Positions 39,273 through 48,104 of a DNA stretch of 64,000 bases are shown in pieces. This DNA comes from Bacteroidota bacterium (lineage in GTDB: Bacteria > Bacteroidota > Bacteroidia > CAILMK01 > JAAYUY01): assembly GCA_018698135.1 (NCBI GenBank), contig JABINZ010000274.1, positions 7,686 through 71,685 of the forward strand, written 5' to 3'. The notes beneath the pieces were generated by a model that had not been told where the DNA came from, did not search any database, and saw nothing but the letters and a program-made list of their open reading frames with translations. Position 1 is the stretch's first letter, and the number at the start of each line of letters is the position of its first letter. The position numbers and the translations under genes were made by a program.

Positions 39273-40805
39273 TTACTCTTTTATAAATCGCTCAGCAAAA
39301 ATTCTACTATCACTTTCTAATCTAACTATATAAATACCTGCATCATATCCTTCAATATTTATAGTTTTTATATCGGATGAACGATAAACTACTTCACCAA
39401 ATGCATTAATAACAGAAACAGAAAACTTTTCACCTTCACTTTCATAAAAATTAATATTAAGCTTGTCTTTTGCTGGATTTGGATAAAGCTTTAAGCCTTT
39501 GTCATTTTCGTTTGTATTGATTGAAGATGTTCCTGCATCTCGGACAAGACGTACATAATTATAAATTCTGATTACATCTCCTTGTGGACCATGACCATTT
39601 GGATAATCAGCAGGATCACCTACTTTCGGGTCGCTTCTTTGACAACCAGCACCATGAACATCCATTAAGGTATAATTACCAGAGTTTGGTGGTTGTTCCA
39701 TAAAACCAAGTCCTTCTCCAAAACAAACATATGATGCAAATCCACCTGATTTTTGGGTTTGCATTGTAGCATGTGTTGTTCCACTCCAATACTGCGCATA
39801 ATTATCATTTCCACCTTCATCCTTAATTTTTGTGCAACTAAATAGAGGATCAATTGCAGAGGAACTGCTTGTAGAAGGCGATCTTGTGTAGTCAACAATA
39901 CTTTGAAGTTCTTTAACATTTGGAAGTCTCCAATCTGAATGACTTGCTATTGTTGCATTTTCAGCATAGCTTAATGCAGCTTCCCATGTCATTCCACTTC
40001 CGTCATCATCTTGTGTCCACATTAAACCAGTTGCATTATCAGTTATAGTTTTGTCTCCATTGTCTTTAAAATTATTTTTACCATAGTCAGTATTTCCACG
40101 GACATACATAATGTAAAACTGTTTGTCAACAGACTGCCCAGGCATTGGTCCAGTAGGATAGCCTTTAATACGACCATCGGCAAAGTTTACCCCAAACATG
40201 GTTTCTGCTCCCATCATAGTAGTACCGACATAAATATTCGATGAAGCCATTTGCGCATCAATAAGGCGTTCGTTTGCGCTTAAATCACCATAGCCAAAAT
40301 CAAAATAATTAGTATCGATATAAGGAACCAAGCCAGCAGTTGATGTTCCTGAATATCCACTGGGGTCTTTACCACTAAACACAATAAGTGAATACATTTC
40401 TTTTATGGATGGCAGTCTCCAATCGGAATAACCTGCCAAACCAAATGTATCGGCTGCAGCCATAGCCTCATCATATGATAATTTATCATCATAATCAATG
40501 ACCCCATCCCAATCTAAATCAGGGCTTTTTTGCCACATTAAACCTGTCACATTATCTGTAACTGTTCCATCTCCATTGTCTGTATAATCAGTTGCATATC
40601 TTGTATAATGAGCATCTTGGCCATAGAAAGCCTGACCAGCAGTTGGAGCCGTAATTATTGACATCGAATCGTAATACAGTTTCTGATCAGTATCTACAAT
40701 AGAAAAAGTGATTTGAGCAAAGACAGTATTCAGTTGTATAATCAGTACTAGGATAAAAGAAAAAATAATTGAGACTCTTTTCAAGATATTTTTCATGGCA
40801 TTCAA
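39273..40805 (-). CDS. DUF1566 (Lcl C-terminal-like) domain protein, two copies, with T9SS C-terminal sorting domain
   Basis: Two repeats of …T(V/I)TDN(V/A)TGLMW…(Y/W)…A…SDWRLP(S/N)(I/V)KE(M/L)(Y/Q)S(L/I)… are the DUF1566 signature. C-terminus LKLYPNPAKDKLNINFY…IYIVRLESDSRIFAERFIKE. Confidence 0.65.
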   Translation of the reverse strand: MNAMKNILKRVSIIFSFILVLIIQLNTVFAQITFSIVDTDQKLYYDSMSIITAPTAGQAFYGQDAHYTRYATDYTDNGDGTVTDNVTGLMWQKSPDLDWDGVIDYDDKLSYDEAMAAADTFGLAGYSDWRLPSIKEMYSLIVFSGKDPSGYSGTSTAGLVPYIDTNYFDFGYGDLSANERLIDAQMASSNIYVGTTMMGAETMFGVNFADGRIKGYPTGPMPGQSVDKQFYIMYVRGNTDYGKNNFKDNGDKTITDNATGLMWTQDDDGSGMTWEAALSYAENATIASHSDWRLPNVKELQSIVDYTRSPSTSSSSAIDPLFSCTKIKDEGGNDNYAQYWSGTTHATMQTQKSGGFASYVCFGEGLGFMEQPPNSGNYTLMDVHGAGCQRSDPKVGDPADYPNGHGPQGDVIRIYNYVRLVRDAGTSSINTNENDKGLKLYPNPAKDKLNINFYESEGEKFSVSVINAFGEVVYRSSDIKTINIEGYDAGIYIVRLESDSRIFAERFIKE

Positions 40806-40902
40806 TTTATATAGATGAAGTAATGTTATTCAAAACTACGTGCATTTCAAATTGGATTAAAATATAATAGATGAATTGATGGATTTTGAAGACGAATTGC
40901 AA

Positions 40903-41616
40903 TTAAATAAATCTGGATTTTATAAACTCATCAAAACCTTCTTTATACTTAACCGAAACTGATATTCGTAAATCTCCAAAAATAATGTTACCTCTTTCAA
41001 TGGTTGTAATACTATTGAGATTTACAATAAAGGAACGATGCACACGCATAAATTGTTCTGTGGGAAGTTTTTCTTCAAGGGATTTCATAGTGAGTAGAGA
41101 GAGAATTGGTTTGACCTCTTGTACATATATTTTCACATAGTCTTTCAATCCTTCAATATAGCGGATGTCAGACAATTTGATTTTAACCAATTTATATTCA
41201 GATTTTACAAAAAGGAAATCATCTTTTTGTTCTATAGTGGTTTCCGCTTTCTCTTTTAAATCAAAAAAAGCTTTGGCCTTATTAGCTGATTTCAGAAATT
41301 CTTCATAACCATAAGGCTTAAGTAAATAATCTAAAGCGTCTACTTTAAAGCCTTCGAGTGCATATTCGGCATAAGCTGTGGTAAAGATGACTTTAATGCT
41401 TTTATCTAGAGTTATAGAGAACTCTAATCCGTTTAAATCAGGCATTTGAATATCAGCAAATATTAAATCAACCTGATGATCATTGAGAACTTCCATGGCA
41501 TTAAATGCACTGTTGCAAGAAGCCGTAAGTTCAAGAAATGGTGTTTTCTCAATAAAAGTGCTTAGCTGTTTTAAGGCTAAAGGTTCATCGTCCATTGCAA
41601 TGCATCGAATAATCAT
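40903..41616 (-). CDS. LytTR-family response regulator
   Basis: REC domain (IAMDDEPLAL…DLIFADIQMPDLNGLEF…) plus C-terminal LytTR DNA-binding domain. Confidence 0.8.
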   Translation of the reverse strand: MIIRCIAMDDEPLALKQLSTFIEKTPFLELTASCNSAFNAMEVLNDHQVDLIFADIQMPDLNGLEFSITLDKSIKVIFTTAYAEYALEGFKVDALDYLLKPYGYEEFLKSANKAKAFFDLKEKAETTIEQKDDFLFVKSEYKLVKIKLSDIRYIEGLKDYVKIYVQEVKPILSLLTMKSLEEKLPTEQFMRVHRSFIVNLNSITTIERGNIIFGDLRISVSVKYKEGFDEFIKSRFI

Positions 41617-42710
41617 GATACGGGGATTTTAAGATAAATAGAATAGGTATCTTTTGAATCAGTGATCGTTAGATCATGCTTGTTTTCATATAGTAATTCC
41701 AATCTTTTCTTCACATTGCTTAATCCAATACCCGAATCCTCTTCAATCTGTCCTTTTTGATTATGATTGCTATTGATGCATAAAAACTCAATGAATTCAT
41801 CAGACTGAGTAAGTGATATTTTAATAAAAGAAGGATGACTATAACTGACTCCATGTTTGAAAGCATTTTCAATAAAGGAGATGAAAAGCAATGGAGGAAT
41901 ACTCACATCGGGTAATTCATCGGGTAATTCAATGCTTAATCCAACTTTCTCATCAATACGAAGTTTCATTAAATCGATAAAGTTTTGAATAAATGCTATT
42001 TCTTTTTTCAGGCTGCTCTCCCCTTTTTCTGATTCATATAGCAAATAGCGCATCATACCAGATAGTTCTATAATTGCTTTCTGCGAATCCTTTTTATCAA
42101 TATCAATCAGGGCATGAATATTATTCAGTGTATTTAAAAAGAAATGAGGACTTATTTGGTTTTTCAAAAACGCTAATTCTGATCGCAAGTTTTCCTTTTC
42201 CATTTCTCTCAGGCTTTTTTCATCAGCAAGCCATTTCTGGGTTACACGCAAAGCAGTTGAGAGTCCAACAACTAAAAAAGAAATCAATACATTATTGATC
42301 AACATTATAGAGCGTTTCGGAGGATGATCTTGTGGAGGAGGTCTGAAGTTATGATCTGGAGGCCCAAATCCAGGTTGTGGATGAGGTGGTAAACCTTGAG
42401 GCCTTGCTTTTACTCCTTCAAAAAGAGGCATGAATAATTCCCAGGCTAATGCAAGTAGAGAAACACTTACAATAACGACAATGATATACAGCACTCTTTC
42501 TTTTCGGAAAAAGAGTTTGGGAACAAACACATAGGAATTTACAAGAAACAGGATAATGAAAATAGCTGTTCTGATCCATGCATTGAAGGTGCGATGATCC
42601 CACATCATTCGCTTGCCCTCTGCATCCATTAGAGGAATTGTAAAAAGAATGATGCAAATGGCTATAAATGCAAATACACGAATGAGATTATTTTGCTTTT
42701 CCTGAATCAT
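41613..42710 (-). CDS. LytS/YehU-type sensor histidine kinase (His_kinase family) with Pro-rich periplasmic/linker segment
   Basis: N-terminal TM helices. Pro-rich stretch PQGLPPHPQPGFGPPDHNFRPPPQDHPP. LRSELAFLKNQISPHFFLNTLNNIHALI matches the LytS-type phospho-acceptor. 4-nt overlap with the response-regulator gene. Confidence 0.75.
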   Translation of the reverse strand: MIQEKQNNLIRVFAFIAICIILFTIPLMDAEGKRMMWDHRTFNAWIRTAIFIILFLVNSYVFVPKLFFRKERVLYIIVVIVSVSLLALAWELFMPLFEGVKARPQGLPPHPQPGFGPPDHNFRPPPQDHPPKRSIMLINNVLISFLVVGLSTALRVTQKWLADEKSLREMEKENLRSELAFLKNQISPHFFLNTLNNIHALIDIDKKDSQKAIIELSGMMRYLLYESEKGESSLKKEIAFIQNFIDLMKLRIDEKVGLSIELPDELPDVSIPPLLFISFIENAFKHGVSYSHPSFIKISLTQSDEFIEFLCINSNHNQKGQIEEDSGIGLSNVKKRLELLYENKHDLTITDSKDTYSIYLKIPVS

Positions 42711-43210
42711 TTTTCTGCTGTCTCAAAACTACAATTTATTGATAGCTTAATTGAAAACTAATTCAATATTCAGCTAATTGAGGGGATGATGCAAATATTA
42801 TCGATGAATCAGGATATTATATCGACAAATTAGTTTCTTTCGCTAATTTCCAGAAATCCCAATAGTATATAAAATCACAAATAACAATCTTCAAATTTCA
42901 AATAAGTTACAATGTTTAAAACCACAATGATTAAAAATTTTATCAAAGTTTGAATCCACTCTGAAAAGTGCACGAAATAGTTCTCAGCACCTTTCCGCCC
43001 TACCCTGAAGGGAGAAGTCTCTGAAAATCAGCATTTAGAGCATTGTAGCAAAACCTGATTTTCTATTCCAAGTATTACACACTTTGAAGATTGGACTCAA
43101 GTTTAAATAGTTGTTTATTGCTATTTGGAGTTTGTTTGTCATTTATGCTTTGTTATTTGGTGCTTTATCTCAAGAATTAATTTACATATAGGATAGATAC
43201 AAATCAATTC

Positions 43211-44584
43211 CTAAAGATTTATACTGTACAGTTTCACCACTTTTCGTTCAGAACTCAAGTAATCATTTTCCTTATACAGAAAATAGGCTGAGCCATCATG
43301 CAGCTGTATATTGGATACAAAGGAAAATGGGAGTTTCTTTTCTGATATAAGCTTACCTGTTTTAAGGTCAATTTCTTTTAAATAACTACTTCCTGATTTT
43401 TCAAACAGCCCATATACCTTGTGTGTTATTTCATCCAGAAGTATTTCTCGTTTCCAATTCCTGTGTTCGAAGTAATCAATTTTAACTTGTGATACTAATT
43501 CCAGATTGGAGGTGTATTTTTCTATTTGTCCATCTACATGATTAAAAAGATACAAATATCCATTTAGTTTAAAAATAGGCACATAAACAGCTTTATTAAT
43601 CACGTGATTATAATAATGCAGGTTCAATAAATAACGATTATCTACATTCGGATTCATGTTCAATCCAGCATAAAAATCATCTTCATCTTTATACATACCG
43701 GCTTCTTCAATAACTGTCATGTGCTTTTTATAGGACAAATTGCGGCCAGCCAGATTATTCAAATAATTGAAATCATATTCTTTATCATTCTGAACGCTGA
43801 CTCCCCAGTTAGCTGCCTGATTCAGATAATCTCTATTATCAAGTATGCGAAAATAATTGAGGGTCGAATCTGCATCTATGCTGACATAGGTATAAAGTTG
43901 GTTAGTGACGTAAAAGCCGGATAAAAATCCCTTGTTATAATTACACAAACAAGCTAAACGGATTCCCTCATTGTTATTTGTATACAGATACTTAAATTTA
44001 AACTCATTGTTGACATACTCCATTGAAAAAACCTGATCGTCCTGTACCAATTGGATCTCCCGATCACAATCTTTTTGCAAATAACTTGCTTTACCAGCTA
44101 ATTTTGTTTCTGAAAGAGTATCGCCAAAAACATCGATCATAAAAATAGATGAACGATTATAGCGTTCATAATAACCTAAAACAGCTAGATTTTTCCGATA
44201 GAATTCAAAGTCCAGTATGTAAATGTTCCCATCATTCACCACTTGACGTATAGCTGAAAAAGTAAATTCAGGAAGTTTTAAGCTTTCTTTTTCCATGAAA
44301 ACATCCATATTCATAGCTTCTTCAACCCAAACAGTTTTTTTCTTGTATGCAACATGAGTGAATTCTAATTGCAATGGCAATGAATTCAAAGCAAAACTGA
44401 CTTTCCCATTCTGCGAAGTAATTGTGAAAGAATTAAAACCAATAGTTTTAACATGAACATTTGCTAAGCTTTCCAATGTTTCACTATCACTTACTGTGAT
44501 TTCTACATCCTTTCTATTTTGGGCATACAATTCAAATTGAAATGACAATAGTATGAGTGCTATGAAAAATATCTTTTTACGCAT
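43211..44584 (-). CDS. Hypothetical secreted protein with N-terminal CarbopepD_reg-like domain
   Basis: Signal peptide MRKKIFFIALILLSFQFELYAQ. …EITVSDSETLESLANVHVKT…TSQNGKVSF… resembles the carboxypeptidase-regulatory-like fold. Rest unassigned. Confidence 0.4.
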   Translation of the reverse strand: MRKKIFFIALILLSFQFELYAQNRKDVEITVSDSETLESLANVHVKTIGFNSFTITSQNGKVSFALNSLPLQLEFTHVAYKKKTVWVEEAMNMDVFMEKESLKLPEFTFSAIRQVVNDGNIYILDFEFYRKNLAVLGYYERYNRSSIFMIDVFGDTLSETKLAGKASYLQKDCDREIQLVQDDQVFSMEYVNNEFKFKYLYTNNNEGIRLACLCNYNKGFLSGFYVTNQLYTYVSIDADSTLNYFRILDNRDYLNQAANWGVSVQNDKEYDFNYLNNLAGRNLSYKKHMTVIEEAGMYKDEDDFYAGLNMNPNVDNRYLLNLHYYNHVINKAVYVPIFKLNGYLYLFNHVDGQIEKYTSNLELVSQVKIDYFEHRNWKREILLDEITHKVYGLFEKSGSSYLKEIDLKTGKLISEKKLPFSFVSNIQLHDGSAYFLYKENDYLSSERKVVKLYSINL

Positions 44585-44788
44585 AATTCGGAGCTGAATT
44601 CATTTATAAATTTAGGCATTCATACGGCTGATAACAAGATACAACTAGTATATCAGGATTATCACTTATTAGTCATGTAAATCAATAAATTCAGCATTAA
44701 TAAATAGATACACTATCAGCCATCATTAATATCTTATTTTGATTTTAACCATATTTATATGTATATTGCTTATAATTAAAAGTCTATT

Positions 44789-45244
44789 ATGATCAAGCGT
44801 AAAAGCAGCATAAACCTCGCTGATGTAGCGGTTGCCAAGCGAAAAATTAAAAATCAATTCCTAGACAAAATCAACAAAAGTGTCAATTGGAAATTGATTG
44901 ACGAGAAGATCAATGAAAAATACACGAGAGGTGATCGCGTTGATGGCCGCCCTGCTTACCCCGGATTACTCCTCTTTAAAATGTGTTTACTCGAAGAATG
45001 GTTTAATATATTTCATAATAAAATAGACTTCTATGTTAATGACTCCATTAGTTTTACCCATTTTATCGGACTAAGTTTAGATGATGAGGTCCCATCCAGC
45101 TCAACGGTAAGTCGGTTCAGAATAGAACTGATCAAAAAAGATTTATACAGCGAGCTCATTTCAATGATTAACCAACAATTAGACAGTAAAAACTTAAGAG
45201 TCAGAAAAGGAACTTTAAAACAGGCAGCAATTTTGCATAAATAA
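44789..45244 (+). pseudogene. IS5/IS1182-family transposase, N-terminal fragment only (DUF772/InsH N-terminal domain), probably a degraded IS remnant
   Basis: 151 aa with hallmark …DGRPAYPGLLLFKMCLLEEWFN…. Terminates at a TAATAA long before the DDE catalytic domain that intact family members carry. No terminal inverted repeats recognisable. Confidence 0.6.
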
Positions 45245-45340
45245 TAAAAAAAACAATTGATATAATAATTATTGTTTGCAAATTTGCAGGTAAATAAAAT
45301 GATTATCTGTTAATTAGAATTACATTTTTATAATTTATTA

Positions 45341-47689
45341 ATGTTCCTAAGCACCCGAAATATTAGCGTTATTTTTCTATTTTTGGCCTTATCCATTTCC
45401 GGATTTGGACAAAGTCCAAAGAAATATTTCAAAGAGGGTGAAAAATATCTGGAAGAAAGAAAATATATGCTTGCAGTAACCAAGTTTACTCAAGCACTTC
45501 GAATGGATCAGGAATACAAAGATGCCTACGTCTTCCGAGCAAAAGCATATTTTGAATTAGGTGAAATAGAAAAATCTGCTAACGACTATGCAAGTGCTGC
45601 CAGTTATGAGAAGAAGAATCCTGAATTTGCCTTCAATGCTGGAAAAATGTATTATAATTTAGGCAGCTATTTTAAAGCAGTCGATTACTTGAACCTTTGT
45701 ACCGAAATTGATAAAAAGCATTTAGACGGCTATGATTATAAAGTAAGGGCTTTAATGGCTCTTGAAAATTACGATGCAGCCTTATTTGAAGCTGAAAAAG
45801 CGATAAAAATAAAGAAAACAGCCATAAGCCATTACAATTTGGGAAATGTAGCATTTCATTTAAACGATTTAGAAACAGCCTACACCAATTTATCCAAGGC
45901 AGTGAAATTGGATAATAAAATGAAGGAAGCCCATTTTACTTTGGCCAAATTATTTTTCAAATTAGAAAAATCAACAGAAGCATTAACTGCCATTAATACA
46001 GCAGCAACATTGAGTCCTAAAAGTTTTGATGTTTATAAATTGAGAAGTGAAATTTATTATCACCGAAAAAATTATGTCAAAGCAATTAATGATTTAACCT
46101 ACATCCTAATAAATATTAATCCTGAAAATGCAGACATATATCTGTTGAGAGGTGATTATTATATGGAAAACAATAAATCATATAATGCAGTTAGCGACTA
46201 TTCTCAGGTACTCATACTGGCACCATTGCGTTTTGATGCAGTTTTCAAACGTGCCAAGGCCTACGAAATAATTGATAACAAAGAAAAAGCTGTCCAGGAT
46301 TTTGAGGATTATTTGAGTAGGATTGACCACAATAAAGAAGAGAACAGAGTTGATATTTATTATGCTAAAACGCATGTTTTTGAGCTAAATCGAGAACAAA
46401 ATAAACCTATAATCGATTTAACATGGCCCGTGACAAAAAGGGATTACCTTTTTGAAATACCCCTGAATATTGACAAAATATCCCTGAAAGGAATAGTAAG
46501 AGATCAAAGTGCGTTGAAATATTTTAAGATCAATAATAGCGAGTATCCCATCGATTCAATTACACTTTCTTTTACTTATTCATTAACAATAGCGAACTTA
46601 GAAAAGGTTGTTTTTGAAGCAGAGGATATTTATAATAATTATCAAAGTATTACTTATACAATCAAACGAACAGAAACAGATCCACCCGTTATACACTTGT
46701 ATAGTCCTTTTGCGTCTGATAATGGCGAAATCGTATTGCAATCAACAAATCCAATACTGTTCGTAGAGGGTAAAGTAACAGATCAAAGTGTTATCAAATC
46801 AATTATGATTGATAATACCTATGCCAGTTTCCTCAGCACAGAACAAAATCCAACTTTCTCTGCTTATTTAAATATCAGTGGGAAAAATGAAATTACCATT
46901 TCAGTCATCGATATTTACGATAATGAAACAAGTATTAATTATCATTTCAATAGGGAATTAGCCAAATCAGATGCTGAAAATCCCATGGGAAAAACTTGGG
47001 TTGTATTTATTGAAAACTCCGATTACAATCAATTACAAGACCTAACATCCCCTGCAAAAGATATCAACTTGGTAAAGGAATCACTGAAAGATTATAATAT
47101 TTCGAATTTCATTTACAAGCAAAACCTGACAAAATCTGAAATGCAAAGGTTTTTCAGCATTGAGTTAAGGGATTTGGTTATTGATAATAATGTAAACTCC
47201 ATTGTGCTTTGGTATGCCGGACATGGAAAATATACCAACGAAACAGGTTATTGGTTGCCTGTAAATGCAAGTTTTGCAGATGAATTCACCTATTTTCCAA
47301 TCAATAGTTTAAAAGCTGCCATACAGCCTTACTCTAAATATTTAAAACACATATTGGTTGTGACCGATGCCTGTGAAGCAGGTCCTTCATTTTATATGGC
47401 ATTACGAGCAAGTCCACAGCAGCGCGATTGCAGCGATTGGACTGATACTCGACATAAGTCTGCCCAGGTGCTTACATCTGCTGGAAACGAACCTGCTGTT
47501 GATAATTCAAAGTTCACACAAACATTTGCTAACGCTCTCTTGTATAATCCCGACTACTGTATTTCAATTGATGATATAGTGATTAAAGTAAATAAAGCCT
47601 ACGAAGAAGCAAATGGCCAAAACCCAAAGTTTGGTAAAATTGCCGGTCTTGAAGATGAAAATGGAACTTTCTTCTTTATAAAAAAATAG
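45341..47689 (+). CDS. Secreted TPR-repeat protein with C-terminal caspase-like (clan CD, peptidase C14-type) domain
   Basis: Signal peptide MFLSTRNISVIFLFLALSISGFG. About 8 TPR-like helical repeats (residues about 20-330). C-terminal domain …KTWVVFIENSDYNQLQDLTSPAKDINLV…LWYAGHGKY…LVVTDACEAGP… matches the caspase His (GHG) / Cys (DAC) dyad architecture. Confidence 0.7.
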   Translation: MFLSTRNISVIFLFLALSISGFGQSPKKYFKEGEKYLEERKYMLAVTKFTQALRMDQEYKDAYVFRAKAYFELGEIEKSANDYASAASYEKKNPEFAFNAGKMYYNLGSYFKAVDYLNLCTEIDKKHLDGYDYKVRALMALENYDAALFEAEKAIKIKKTAISHYNLGNVAFHLNDLETAYTNLSKAVKLDNKMKEAHFTLAKLFFKLEKSTEALTAINTAATLSPKSFDVYKLRSEIYYHRKNYVKAINDLTYILININPENADIYLLRGDYYMENNKSYNAVSDYSQVLILAPLRFDAVFKRAKAYEIIDNKEKAVQDFEDYLSRIDHNKEENRVDIYYAKTHVFELNREQNKPIIDLTWPVTKRDYLFEIPLNIDKISLKGIVRDQSALKYFKINNSEYPIDSITLSFTYSLTIANLEKVVFEAEDIYNNYQSITYTIKRTETDPPVIHLYSPFASDNGEIVLQSTNPILFVEGKVTDQSVIKSIMIDNTYASFLSTEQNPTFSAYLNISGKNEITISVIDIYDNETSINYHFNRELAKSDAENPMGKTWVVFIENSDYNQLQDLTSPAKDINLVKESLKDYNISNFIYKQNLTKSEMQRFFSIELRDLVIDNNVNSIVLWYAGHGKYTNETGYWLPVNASFADEFTYFPINSLKAAIQPYSKYLKHILVVTDACEAGPSFYMALRASPQQRDCSDWTDTRHKSAQVLTSAGNEPAVDNSKFTQTFANALLYNPDYCISIDDIVIKVNKAYEEANGQNPKFGKIAGLEDENGTFFFIKK

Positions 47690-48104
47690 ATCCCTCTAAC
47701 ATTCATTTTTTTAATATTTCACTAATCATATTATTAATGCCAATGGGGCCAAATTATAGAATTTAACTCCTGAATGGACATTTTGATATCAAATTATACG
47801 GATATTCTTTATTATACCACAAACATATTTACTGTAATACCATTCATATTAAGGCCACTGATTTGCATAAACTTCATTTTTCTCCTGAAAACAAATCAAT
47901 GGAATCTGTGGCAATTTTCACATCATAGGTACAATTGATATTCAAATTAAATTATTAAATATGCAATGATATGTTGATTTTTCATCAAGTAGAAACAACT
48001 TTATAGTGCCAGCATACGTCATTCATAAAATATCAAAATACATGGTTACTATTCTCATGTTAAGTATACTAAACCCTTGAATTAGAATAATACAAATAGG
48101 AATT

